A stretch of DNA of 64,000 nucleotides, taken from positions 70,055 through 134,054 of the forward strand of contig QPMI01000600.1 of assembly GCA_004431415.1 (NCBI GenBank), read 5' to 3'. Position 1 is the stretch's first letter; each line of letters begins with the position of its first letter. Below the pieces are notes generated by a model. That model was not told where the DNA came from and did not search any database. It saw only the letters and a program-made list of their open reading frames with translations. Source of the DNA: Cyanophora paradoxa CCMP329. Taxonomy: Eukaryota > Plantae > Glaucophyta. This document shows, in pieces, positions 47,006 to 57,381 of the stretch. A program made the position numbers and the translations under genes.

Positions 47006-50000
47006 TTAAATTGCGACAGCAGTGTAATGAATTGTAACTGGAAATCCTGGTCTGTCAAAAGAACTTAATGGAACTATTTCAAGCTCACATGTGAAATAGC
47101 TACTGTAAACTTGTTTAAGCCTAACATACATGCGGTAGTAGTAGGCTGTCTCATTGTGTTGTATACCGGTTGTTACGATAGGAGGGTTAGCAAAGCTGCT
47201 GTTGAAATTAATAGTGAGGTTAAACCTATGGTCAGGGTTTGCCCAAAGATAAGGAGTAGTGTAAACATACGTTCCTGCTTGAAGTTTCCCATTGAAATAT
47301 GCATTGAGTTGACTGGAAAGATCTGCTTCAGTTAAACATCTACTTATAGAAGCATTATTGGAAGGGTTCATAGCGTAGAAATTTCTTGCATAGGCATTTC
47401 CACGAACAAGTAAGGTCTTATCAAAGTAATTTTGCGAATTGTGAAAGAACCATGTTTCTTCAAACATAGGTCCTGCTGGTTCTACTATCTGACCTGATCC
47501 TACATACATTGTGTTATTCGCTCTGATGGTGGTAGCTGTGAATGGATCGAGAGTTGGTCTATTGGTCAGATCATTGTAGTTGCCTGAGAATATTGCGGGC
47601 TTATTATAGATATCTGTATTCCAATCATGAGTGTGTGCAAAATCTGTAATCTCTGCCTTAGTGTGATTGTGAGCGAAATCTGTTATCTCTGACTTTGTAT
47701 GGTTGTGTGCGAAATCTGTGATCTCAGATTTAAAATGAGTGTGAGCAAAATTCGTTATTTCTGCCCTGGTATGGGTGTGTGCAAAGTCTGTTATTTGGGA
47801 CTTTGTGTGAGTGTGTGCGAAATCTGTGATCTCTGCCTTTGTGTGGGTGTGTGATCTATTATTAAGATCAAGGAAGCTTCCTGAAAATGCAACAGGATGC
47901 AGATTTGCAGCAGTAGGTTTATTGATGAGATCATTATAGTCTCCTGTGAATGAAATTGTCTTCAGTTCACCCCTTCCAACATAATCAGAAGGTAGATCAA
48001 TCTTGATGGGCATTATAGCTGGATCATCTGGTATCTCATACTCACCTCCTGGATGAACCACAGGGAAGGTTTGATTGCTTTCAGTATGAACAAAGAAGTT
48101 GCATGCTGTTACTGTTCCATCAATAATCCCACCTGTGAGAGGGAGGTAATTTCCTGTGACATGTATACCTGCAATGATTGTATTAAGTTCTGTTTCATCT
48201 ATGTAGTTCTGGGCTTGAAGGTAATCCTCTGTCACCACTCTTGATATGGTCTCATTGTGAATATTCTTTGCTGCTGCCCTCTGATTGATCTCTAGAACTC
48301 CCTCACCAACTCCACCATTATAATTCGTTTTGATCCATGCCATCTCACATCTCTTATAGTCATCTCGATTTCCTATGAGAGCATCAGGTAACAGTCTCTC
48401 CCTGCTGAATATTAATTTTGGTCTTGAACCATCCAAATCACTCACATCAGTAACATTAATTTGGATTGCTGCATCTTTGTCATCATAGTTGACTGGATCA
48501 GATGGTAGAGATATTAATCCTCCTGTCATTGGGATGTCATCAGCATAGTAACTGGTTAAATAGATACCTGGTTTGGTGTCCAATGCTCCGAAATTTCCAC
48601 CTGCTGCAATCATCTGCATTCTTGTAGGGGGTCTAATGTATAATTCACCTTCCATAGTAGTGCCTGCATCAATACCCTTTCGATTGACATAATAATCATT
48701 TAGTTGTAGCCTCTCAGGTATGGTATTACTCTGGTAAAGACTCACACCATGTGGGAAGTCTGTTAGCAGGTTGCCTGCAGATGCAAATTTGGGTTGCTGG
48801 TCAATTTCACTCCAAGGGTGTCTGTGATTACAGTTGGTGATCTGGGTATAATCATGAGTATGGGAATCAGGAGGGAATGTTAGTGGTCTATCTGTGATAT
48901 GCTCCCATAAATGTGTGTGATCAAAATCTGTGATCTCTGATTTAGTATGAGTGTGGTTACTGTTGGTGATCTGGGAATAATCATGAGTGTGAGCAACAGG
49001 TGGAAAGGTCAATGGCTTGTCTGTGATATGCTCCCATAAGTGATTGTGAGAACTGGGAGGGAATGTCAATGGCTTGTCTGTGATATGCTCCCATAAGTGA
49101 TTGTGAGAACTGGGAGGGAATGTCAATGGCTTGTCTGTGATATGCTCCCATAAGTGATTGTGAGAACTGGGAGGGAAGGTCAAAGGTTTATCTACAATAT
49201 TCGACCAGGCATGGGTGTGGTCAAAATCTGTAATCTGGGCTTTTGTGTGAGTGTGATTTTGAATCCAACCTTGAACCACATTAGAGGTTGGATGATGTGG
49301 TAAATTTGCATTGCTTGTAACTGTAAGGTAATCTATTACAGTATCAGGTGAGGTTATTTTTAATCCTCTGTAAATATTCAGAGTCTGGGTATGAGTGAAT
49401 CCATATTTTTGTTGAATGTAATACCTAACAGCATTCTTTTCAGAAGTTGTCAAAGCCCTATTGAAAACAATCAACTCGGAAATACCACCATTCACAATAT
49501 TACCAAATCCGAAATGATTGACAGTATTATCTGGTAGATAATTTGTTCCTACAAGTGTTTGAATATCTACTCCATTTAACCCGACTGTGTAGCTGCTAGA
49601 AGTAATTGTTTGGTCAGTGTAATACCATGTATTTATTAAAGAAGGAACCGTAATATCTGGGCGGGTTTGGGATGCTCCATTAATAGTGAACTGGTTCATT
49701 CCAATAGCAGTAGAAGATGTTGCCCCATAATAACAATATCGTGATGGAAAGGCGCTTCTGTAAAGTCTCAAGTGAACTTGCATAGAAGAGGCAGTTGGAT
49801 GATATTTTCCCACAAAGAAAAATGTAAGCCCATTTGAGAAATCAATAGTTCTTGTAGCAGAGGTATATGCATAAAAAGTGCCTGTTGGGCTTGAAACACT
49901 AACTTGGTTGTTGATTTCGGGATTGGTGTAATAGGAACTGGCTCCGTAGATAAACAAGTCTGGAACAACTGAATTCGGGACTCTGCTTACTATAGTTGTA

Positions 50001-52333
50001 TACATTGCTGATTGACCTGGTACTCCTGATGCCTTCCAAGCAAAAATGCAGTTCGAGATATTTGATGCTGGATCAAAGCTTGGCGGGACATCATACCATT
50101 CTTTGTAAACCTGATTCATGGTATTGAAATTGCAAGAGCCAATTGTGAGGATTCCATTTACTTTTAGGTTGCTGGTCACTATATTGCTGCTGTAAATATT
50201 ACTATTAACTGTGAGGTTTCCTGTGATTGTCCCACCCACAAGAGGGAGATATTTGGATAGTTCTGCTGCAAGTTCAGCTTCTGTAATAAATTGATCAAGC
50301 ATAGCAAGGGTTACAAAATTAACAAGGATTACTGCAGTAAGGTAATCCTCTGTGACCACTCTCGAAATGTTCTCATTGTGTATGTTTTTTGCAGCCATCC
50401 TCTGATTAGCTTCCAGAACCCCACCATAATCTGTTTTAATCCATGCAAGCTCTGCCCTCCCATAGTTATCATTTGCAGTTCCCACTATGGGAATGTAGGA
50501 ATATTTATCTCGACTGAATACTATCATTGGTCTTGAGCCATCTAAACTGCTTACATCTGCTACATGAACCTGTATAGCAGAGTTGTAATTTTGGTAGGTT
50601 GCTGGGTCTGTTGGGACTCTAAAAGTATCTGTGGGTATGTCAGCCTCCATGTAGCTTGACACAAAGATATTTGGTATGGTTGCTCCTGGTTCAGGTGGGG
50701 TTTCATAAGAGCCTGGTAATGTCCTAATATGAAGTGGTCCTCTCATAGCTGAATTCGCAAGTGTCCCATTCACATGTACATAGTGTTCATTCAAAAAGAT
50801 TCTTTCAGGGACATTGCAAGTCTGGTAAAGAGAAACCCCCAAGTTATCAAGAGGCTCTACCTTTGCAAATTCTGGTTGGTCATTGATCTCATCCCAAATA
50901 TGTTCATGTTTGCTTGGTGGGAACTCAGTAGGTATCCCATCAATTTCACCCCAATCATGCCTGTGATCCTCTGGTGGATACTTTTGAGGTTTGCCTAAGA
51001 TCTCATCCCAATCATGATTGTGATCCTCTGGGGGATACTTTGCAGGTTTATTATTAATTTGTTCATAATCAGGAAAGAACTCCCAGATCTCAGGTCGAAA
51101 TCCATCTGGTAATAATTCCTCATGGGGTTCATAAGGTTGCTCATAGTCAACAACTGGTGGATCATGACCATCTGGTAAATACTCCTCATCAGGTTCATAG
51201 TTCTGCTCATACTCATACTCTTGAGGATCTAAGCCATCTGGTAGTATCTCCTCCTCATTGGGGTCATACTGATCATATTCATATTCTTGTGGGTCAAAAC
51301 CATCTGGTAAATACTCCTCCTCATCTGGAACGAATTGATATTCATCAAGCTCTAAAATATCGACTTCAGGAGGTAAATACTGCTCATCTATTTGCTTTCT
51401 GGGTTCAATTATCGGTTTATTGCGAACTTGCTCCCAACTAACAATATGCTGCCCAAAGGCTACATCTTCAGTTGCTGTGTATTCTCTTCCAGGCTGCTTC
51501 TTTGGTGTTAAATCCGGTGGATCCCATGGAAGAGGGAAGGGAACTGGGACAGGTCCATAATACTCAAAGATCTCTCTTATGGTCTTCTCACTTACAAGCT
51601 TCTCACCATTTGCATACACATTACTGCCATGGATATTTCGCCATTGCCTGGTTCGAATTCCAAGGTCTTTCACATTGCTATACAAAGGCAAAAGGTGCCT
51701 ATCCATTTCGACTAAATCAGGATGTAAATGGATTGCTACTGGTTGACTGGGGCTACTGTTGATTGTAATTGATGGCTTTTTTTGATGGACATCTTTTGGA
51801 GTAAAGAACCCAAAAGGCTCATTCCTTGCAAAGTCATATGTAATATCCTTTGGGTAGACATCATTTGTGTAGGAGACCTGATTTGTGTTGGCAATGGGAC
51901 CCACTTGCAATACTTGGGGGACCTCAGCTTTTGCAGTGCTGCCCTCATTGTAAATTCGCAAAGCTGTGTTCTGTTTGCCCTGCTCATCTTGAACATTGAA
52001 AACCAAACGACCACTATCAAACCTGGAAGGTATATCTGGATGAGTGCCACTGGTTTTTAGTTTCCTAGGTCTCCTTCTTGTTGCTTTGATCTCTGCCACT
52101 TGGTTTGCTTTCACATTACCCAAGCTAAAAGCTACACTGACTTCCTCCTTATCTGGATCGGTTTGATTCACAGATAAAGCATGCTCCCTTGATTGAGTCT
52201 TTGATGAATTATCAGAGCTGTGGTCAATTGAAACTGAACCCTTTACTTTAATATTATCAAAGTTCACATGCTTGGTGCTGCTTGCATTATCATCTTGAAT
52301 GGTTTCTAGATTTGGTGGGTAATTGAAGCTCAT
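47006..52333 (-). CDS. Giant (1775 aa) phage-like fibre/adhesin with HxH repeats, a LamG/ConA-like domain and a C-terminal lectin-like tip
   Basis: HTHTKAEITDFA and HNHLWEHITDKP repeats; FSGxYNDLxNKP motifs; GISELIVFNRALTTSE..VRYYIQQKYG (LamG-like end); C-terminal INFNSSFANPPIVTTG..FT..HYTAVAI (H-lectin/gp53-C-like). Confidence 0.8.
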   Translation of the reverse strand: MSFNYPPNLETIQDDNASSTKHVNFDNIKVKGSVSIDHSSDNSSKTQSREHALSVNQTDPDKEEVSVAFSLGNVKANQVAEIKATRRRPRKLKTSGTHPDIPSRFDSGRLVFNVQDEQGKQNTALRIYNEGSTAKAEVPQVLQVGPIANTNQVSYTNDVYPKDITYDFARNEPFGFFTPKDVHQKKPSITINSSPSQPVAIHLHPDLVEMDRHLLPLYSNVKDLGIRTRQWRNIHGSNVYANGEKLVSEKTIREIFEYYGPVPVPFPLPWDPPDLTPKKQPGREYTATEDVAFGQHIVSWEQVRNKPIIEPRKQIDEQYLPPEVDILELDEYQFVPDEEEYLPDGFDPQEYEYDQYDPNEEEILPDGLDPQEYEYEQNYEPDEEYLPDGHDPPVVDYEQPYEPHEELLPDGFRPEIWEFFPDYEQINNKPAKYPPEDHNHDWDEILGKPQKYPPEDHRHDWGEIDGIPTEFPPSKHEHIWDEINDQPEFAKVEPLDNLGVSLYQTCNVPERIFLNEHYVHVNGTLANSAMRGPLHIRTLPGSYETPPEPGATIPNIFVSSYMEADIPTDTFRVPTDPATYQNYNSAIQVHVADVSSLDGSRPMIVFSRDKYSYIPIVGTANDNYGRAELAWIKTDYGGVLEANQRMAAKNIHNENISRVVTEDYLTAVILVNFVTLAMLDQFITEAELAAELSKYLPLVGGTITGNLTVNSNIYSSNIVTSNLKVNGILTIGSCNFNTMNQVYKEWYDVPPSFDPASNISNCIFAWKASGVPGQSAMYTTIVSRVPNSVVPDLFIYGASSYYTNPEINNQVSVSSPTGTFYAYTSATRTIDFSNGLTFFFVGKYHPTASSMQVHLRLYRSAFPSRYCYYGATSSTAIGMNQFTINGASQTRPDITVPSLINTWYYTDQTITSSSYTVGLNGVDIQTLVGTNYLPDNTVNHFGFGNIVNGGISELIVFNRALTTSEKNAVRYYIQQKYGFTHTQTLNIYRGLKITSPDTVIDYLTVTSNANLPHHPTSNVVQGWIQNHTHTKAQITDFDHTHAWSNIVDKPLTFPPSSHNHLWEHITDKPLTFPPSSHNHLWEHITDKPLTFPPSSHNHLWEHITDKPLTFPPVAHTHDYSQITNSNHTHTKSEITDFDHTHLWEHITDRPLTFPPDSHTHDYTQITNCNHRHPWSEIDQQPKFASAGNLLTDFPHGVSLYQSNTIPERLQLNDYYVNRKGIDAGTTMEGELYIRPPTRMQMIAAGGNFGALDTKPGIYLTSYYADDIPMTGGLISLPSDPVNYDDKDAAIQINVTDVSDLDGSRPKLIFSRERLLPDALIGNRDDYKRCEMAWIKTNYNGGVGEGVLEINQRAAAKNIHNETISRVVTEDYLQAQNYIDETELNTIIAGIHVTGNYLPLTGGIIDGTVTACNFFVHTESNQTFPVVHPGGEYEIPDDPAIMPIKIDLPSDYVGRGELKTISFTGDYNDLINKPTAANLHPVAFSGSFLDLNNRSHTHTKAEITDFAHTHTKSQITDFAHTHTRAEITNFAHTHFKSEITDFAHNHTKSEITDFAHNHTKAEITDFAHTHDWNTDIYNKPAIFSGNYNDLTNRPTLDPFTATTIRANNTMYVGSGQIVEPAGPMFEETWFFHNSQNYFDKTLLVRGNAYARNFYAMNPSNNASISRCLTEADLSSQLNAYFNGKLQAGTYVYTTPYLWANPDHRFNLTINFNSSFANPPIVTTGIQHNETAYYYRMYVRLKQVYSSYFTCELEIVPLSSFDRPGFPVTIHYTAVAI
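47628..47852 (-). repeat. 36-bp coding tandem repeat (HTHTKxEITDFA, ~6 copies)
   Basis: Visible period-36 repeat with divergent third positions. Confidence 0.85.
49008..49177 (-). repeat. 57-bp coding tandem repeat, 3 nearly identical copies (PLTFPPSSHNHLWEHITDK)
   Basis: aatggcttgtctgtgatatgctcccataag.. recurs at 49011, 49068 and 49125. Confidence 0.95.
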
Positions 52334-52376
52334 GGCTTTTACTATATGGATTTATAAAATTCCTGATAAGTAAAAG

Positions 52377-53933
52377 ATGCCTCTCAAGGTCGTTTTAAGT
52401 CTTTCTGGCGGGGGTGCAAGGGGCATTATCATAACCAGGCTGCTAAAAGAAATCGAAAATCGAACTGGCAGAAGAGTAATCGATCTTGTGGATCTTGTAA
52501 GTGGAACTTCCACTGGTGGGATCATTGCAATAGGTTTGAATATCAGGCATCCTGATAAACCAGGTGAACCTAAACTGACAGCAAACGATTTACACAATAT
52601 TTACCTAACTCAACTGCCCTTGATTTTCGCAAATCCTCGAAATATCATCGAAAATGCCCTTTTTAATACAAAATATGATGTGGGACCCTTGGAGACTGCA
52701 ATTAATTCAGTTACTGGTGAATCACTAATACAGGATTCCCTAAAGGACATTGTGATTACATCCTTTGATACTCAGAATATGAAACCAATATTTATCACAA
52801 ATGACAACAACTACAACTTTATGCCTTGTAAGATTGCTGCTAGGGCTACTTCTGCTGCTCCTACATATTTCTCTCCTGTAAGCATTGTTGATTTCAATCG
52901 GGGAGTATTTGTCTGTCTCATTGATGGTGCCATTTCGGGAAACAATAATCCCAGTGTGTGTGGTTACAGCCATGCAAAGAAGATTTACAGTGATGATGAT
53001 GATATAATAGTAATAAGTATCTCTTGTGGTGAGGTGGACCCACATTTAGAGTCTGATTATGTGGGTTATGCTTATGAGACTGTGAACAGCTGGGGAATTC
53101 TCTCATGGATTGCCTCAACAGATGGAAGCCCATTGATTAACATGCTCATGGCTGCAAGTGAGCTTTCTGCCCTTGATAAGATGGAGGAGTTGTTACCCTA
53201 CAACTATGATCAAGATTATGGTAGATACTATAGGCTATCAGTCCCACTTCCAAATCACATAGTAAGCTCCCTTGATGACACTTCTAAGATCCCAGATATG
53301 CTAGCATTCACTGAAACATACATAGCAGCAAACAATGATATGATTAATAAGCTTTGCAGCATTCTAGTAGCAAACTATGAATTAAAGAACCCTACAAAGG
53401 CTTACATCTCATCCACTCTCACTACATCACCTCCTTTGGATGCAAATTGGTATCAGCTTGCAGATGATGCCTTCACTGCCTCATCCTCTGTGACAGGTAA
53501 AGAGCCTTTCATGGCTAGACCTTCAGCATTTGGCTGGGAAGCTGGAGCCTATGCTCCTGAGCAGATATGGGAAACCCCCACTGAATACCTTCAAGTTGCT
53601 TTCCCATATACTTTCGAACTCTCCTCTGTTATTGCCTATGGTTCAGGGGACACCAATGCTTTTATTAAGACTTTCAATGTGGCAACATCCACTGATGGGA
53701 TCAACTGGTCTTTTATTCGATCAGATGGGCAAAACAAAATATATGTCTGTGAGAACATTAACAATGCTCACAACTCAGGTGATGTGGCTCTATTGAGTGG
53801 ATTTCCTCTCAGCATCAAGGATGCTTTTTACATAGGTTTTTCTCTCAGAATTAAATATATTCGCATTTATCCCCTTGTGTATGTGAATGCTCCCACAATG
53901 AGAGTTGACTTTACAGGTGCCTTTATTCGATAA
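52377..53933 (+). CDS. Patatin-like phospholipase fused to a C-terminal F5/8 type C (discoidin) domain
   Basis: LSLSGGGARG, GTSTGG, ATSAAPTYF, IDGA. C-terminal EYLQVAF..FNVATSTDGINW..KYIRIYP....PTMRVDFTG. Confidence 0.9.
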   Translation: MPLKVVLSLSGGGARGIIITRLLKEIENRTGRRVIDLVDLVSGTSTGGIIAIGLNIRHPDKPGEPKLTANDLHNIYLTQLPLIFANPRNIIENALFNTKYDVGPLETAINSVTGESLIQDSLKDIVITSFDTQNMKPIFITNDNNYNFMPCKIAARATSAAPTYFSPVSIVDFNRGVFVCLIDGAISGNNNPSVCGYSHAKKIYSDDDDIIVISISCGEVDPHLESDYVGYAYETVNSWGILSWIASTDGSPLINMLMAASELSALDKMEELLPYNYDQDYGRYYRLSVPLPNHIVSSLDDTSKIPDMLAFTETYIAANNDMINKLCSILVANYELKNPTKAYISSTLTTSPPLDANWYQLADDAFTASSSVTGKEPFMARPSAFGWEAGAYAPEQIWETPTEYLQVAFPYTFELSSVIAYGSGDTNAFIKTFNVATSTDGINWSFIRSDGQNKIYVCENINNAHNSGDVALLSGFPLSIKDAFYIGFSLRIKYIRIYPLVYVNAPTMRVDFTGAFIR

Positions 53934-54854
53934 ACTCCAACTGAAAAGAATTATCGATTCCATTCATATCAATCAGTTCACCAAAGTAATCTTTAAACTC
54001 AACTGTGAGTTCCCTTATCACCAGGTTTCTGTCATTTATCTGAATGAATTCTGCATGTTCACCACTATGGTAAACATAGCCACCTATATCCTTACTCAAT
54101 TGCAATCTAAGGATTGCCCCTGGTTATGTGGTTGCGATTTCGGAATTATATTGTGTCTGCTGGCAAAAGGGGCAAGCTCTTTAATGTGCATGTATAGATA
54201 CTGCTCAGCATTCATATCAGACATCTTTCTGCTGTCAAAATAATATTGCAAGGGCTTAGATGAGAGTCTGGGTCCTGAAAAGGTGGTTCCCCATGCTGGG
54301 TGATCAGGTGTAATAGGTTTGCCATCATACTTTAACAGGTTCTCAGGTCGATAGGGTGATCCACCAACAGGAGGAGTGCTATAATACCCATTGGTGTATT
54401 CAGTAGAACTCACACCCAAAAGCTTCCCTATTCTCTGGTTGCTTGCAATAAAACGAAACTCATGGTTACTGTAAAACTCCACTTTATAGGTAGTTGGGTT
54501 ATAGAATATCTTGAACTCAAAAGCTACTGTTTTGCCTGCAATGGTTTGGAAGCTTGAATAGTTCAGCCCATAATTATAAGGGTGTGTTACCCCAAAATGA
54601 CCCTGATTGATGTAGCCACTGGGAAGGGGATACACTTGTTGTGTGATCACTTGGTTATATGAACCATCTTGGTAATTAAACTGAACTGTTAGATGATCAG
54701 TTCCCACACTGTTATAGATGCTGTTTGGAATCTCTGCATATAGAACCCTGCATTCCCTTGGTCTCTCTACTGGAGTTGTGAGGGTGACCCTGTAAGAGTT
54801 TTCATTTTGTCCTTGGCTTCTATCCCTGCTATCAATATTAACGAGCCGGTTCAT
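53923..54854 (-). CDS. Minor capsid (penton) protein 1, frameshifted near 54.1 kb
   Basis: LVNIDSRDR..SYRVTL.....RVLYAEIPNSIYN N-terminus and IRELTVEFKDYFGELIDMNG.DNSFQLEF C-terminus, typical of PLV/NCLDV single jelly-roll pentons. Confidence 0.8.
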
Positions 54855-54883
54855 TTTAATATATAAATATAGATAAAAGAAGA

Positions 54884-55894
54884 ATGCCTGTGGATTACAT
54901 CGAGGTTAGCTCATTTAATACAATCTCTGGTGATGGTCCCACATCAAGCTTTGTGGCTAGACTCCCCAGTACTTATGAGAATGTGAGGGCTGTGAGACTG
55001 GTCTCAGCCGAATTTTATAACAGCATCCCTATGGTGAGTGGTGAAACCAAAGCAGGAGATATAACAGTTGACAACACTTTTAGTATTTATTATTCTGAAG
55101 AGCTTGCGGGAGCTGGAACTACAGGAATTCCAACAACTCGCCCAGCTGCTGATTTTGAACAATGGAAACAATTCATTGTAAATCGCGAAACCCCCATTCA
55201 AAACCACCAACAGCTGGTGAATGTTATAAATGAAAAGTTTAATGACAGAAATCCTAAACCATCTGTTCGCTGCAAATGGGATGAGTCACTGAAACGAATT
55301 ATATTCCATTCCGAAAAAAAGTTTTACCTGGCTTTCTCACTTGCTGTAGACCCAAACCTGAAAACAATCCAAAAGCTGTTAAGCTCAGCTCGACTTTTTG
55401 GTCTTGATCCTGGAAGATATGGTAATTCCCCAATCAAATCACAGGTCTATGATGCTCTCACTGATGGAATCTTTACTGGAACTCGAGTAAACGGTATTAT
55501 ATCTTCATTTGAGCCTGAAATGACCAGGGACAGTGTTTTGTTTGTGAGAGTAAAGGAGCTGGGTGATCTGGTGCAATGTGGGGATGGTCTCCTGACTGGT
55601 TACTTCCATAAAATAGTGGTCCCTGACAAAGATTATGGTGAGCATGTAGTTTACAATTCGACAGAGGCTCATCCACTTTACAAATACTATAATAAGAAGG
55701 TTGGATTATCCACTTTCTCGGTTGATATTGTGAATGCTGTTAATGAACCAATTGATTTCGAGGGTCAACCTGTTCATCTTACCTTTGAAATTCGCTATGG
55801 TGATGAGCCAGCTGGGGACCCAGTTTATGAATACTATAAGATGAGAATGTCGCAGCTTCACCCTTCCTATCCAGTTATTACAAACTTCGCATAA
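54884..55894 (+). CDS. Minor capsid (penton) protein 2
   Basis: SSFVARLPSTYENVRAVRLVSAEFYNS and LSTFSVDIVNAVNEPIDFEGQPVHLTFEI. Confidence 0.8.
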   Translation: MPVDYIEVSSFNTISGDGPTSSFVARLPSTYENVRAVRLVSAEFYNSIPMVSGETKAGDITVDNTFSIYYSEELAGAGTTGIPTTRPAADFEQWKQFIVNRETPIQNHQQLVNVINEKFNDRNPKPSVRCKWDESLKRIIFHSEKKFYLAFSLAVDPNLKTIQKLLSSARLFGLDPGRYGNSPIKSQVYDALTDGIFTGTRVNGIISSFEPEMTRDSVLFVRVKELGDLVQCGDGLLTGYFHKIVVPDKDYGEHVVYNSTEAHPLYKYYNKKVGLSTFSVDIVNAVNEPIDFEGQPVHLTFEIRYGDEPAGDPVYEYYKMRMSQLHPSYPVITNFA

Positions 55895-55947
55895 ATTAAG
55901 GATCATTGGTAGATTTTTTATGTTGCAGTATAATAAAAGAGAATATA

Positions 55948-57316
55948 ATGGATATCACTTCCACTCTTCAAAGACTTTCGCTGAAAGAAGCCCTAACAAC
56001 CCAGAGGAGGCGAAAGCCTTTTTCCTGGATAACTCCCTTATGCTTGGTCTCGAATCCAAGTCTAAGCCAGTTCTAGTTGTTGTGAATCCTAGTAATACTT
56101 TCACAAATAATGTAGGAAATCGCATTTCCTTCAAGCTACCTCGCTACAATTTCTGTGGAAAACTCGAACTTGCTTTTGACCTTCCAGCTATCACTTTTGC
56201 TGGTGATACTGATCTAGTTCGCAATGGATACACTCGCCCAGTTGGTGCTTTAGTTCAGCGACTTGAAATTACCTATGGATCTTACACCTACCATATTCCA
56301 TCTGATTTCCTTGCTCATTTCCCCCTGGTCTATTATTCGGAGGATCAACTAGCTAAAAAGAAACGATCAATGGGCATGGTTCATGGCATCCCTGCTCATG
56401 GAACCAACCGACTTGGTGGCTCATTTTTCGTTGAAATTCCAGTGCCTTGGCTAAATCACTACCTTCCCTTGGTGCTTTATCTGGTGAAATGGTTGTTACT
56501 GTTTGGTTTAAGGATGTTGGAAAAGGCTATGTTGAAACATCCTATGGTGGTCGTGGTCTTACTGTTGCAGCAGCTGATGTAGATTATTCAAAAGATGATG
56601 GTCTTGGAACTGCCCCTGCTGAAACTGTTCTGGCAAATGTTGGTCAAAACATCACAGACTTTACTCTTGGTGCAACAACTCCTGAAATTTCAATTACTTC
56701 TCCTCGCCTTTATATGCATGCTATTAATGTTTCTGATGAGCTTTTCGCTACTGTAATTGAAAAAGTTAAGACTACTGGCATGGCTATTCCCTCCCTTGAT
56801 ATTGGATTTGTTGATGCTATTGCTTTCCCTGCTAAGGGCAATGCCCAACCCAATCGAATTAACCTCTCTCAAATCTCAGGTCTTGTATATGCTCTGCTTG
56901 TTTCAGTTCGTGATAATGCAACTGTTGACAAATCCAATGGCTCCCACAGTGTTCTTAAGACCTATGCCAACTCCAAAGACATAACATTTACAACTGAAAT
57001 AAATGGTCAGCGACTTTTTGCCACTGAGCCAATTTCCCTACTCAAAGGTGCTGAGCTAATTGCTGATGCCTTCAAATGCTCTAACATGGATAAGGTTGCT
57101 GATCGCTATGTCCTTTCAGGATTGCCTTTCTGCCTTGATGGAGAAAAGGCGATTCGAAATATTGCCCAGTCTGGTTATGTTGATTTAACAAATTCCTCCT
57201 CTTCATTCCTCACCCTCTACATGCCTTCAGATAAGGTAATCGATGTTAATGTTCGCGCTCTCATGCATAGCTTTATTATTGTCGACAAAGATGGTTTACG
57301 CAGAATTAATTTATAG
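55948..57316 (+). CDS. Major capsid protein (double jelly-roll, PLV-type); two apparent frameshifts
   Basis: About 455 codons between a penton and the ATPase. GNRISFKLPR..LELAFDL, LVQRLEITYG, FFVEIPVPW, LP..L..EMVVTVWF, ITSPRLYMHAI, GYVDLT; beta-strand-rich. Confidence 0.75.
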
Positions 57317-57381
57317 ATTGTTACGATTTTCAGTCTCCCTGCATTATTTTTATATGTCTTTATTAAGAAAGATATACAACA

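Noticed and set aside
47628-49177. CRISPR array
   Set aside because: The repeats are contiguous, in-frame coding units of 36 and 57 bp without unique spacers; no cas genes.
42870-52333. Diversity-generating retroelement or invertible shufflon acting on the fibre heads
   Set aside because: No reverse transcriptase, no template/variable repeat pair and no invertase or crossover sites seen; the paralogues are broadly diverged.
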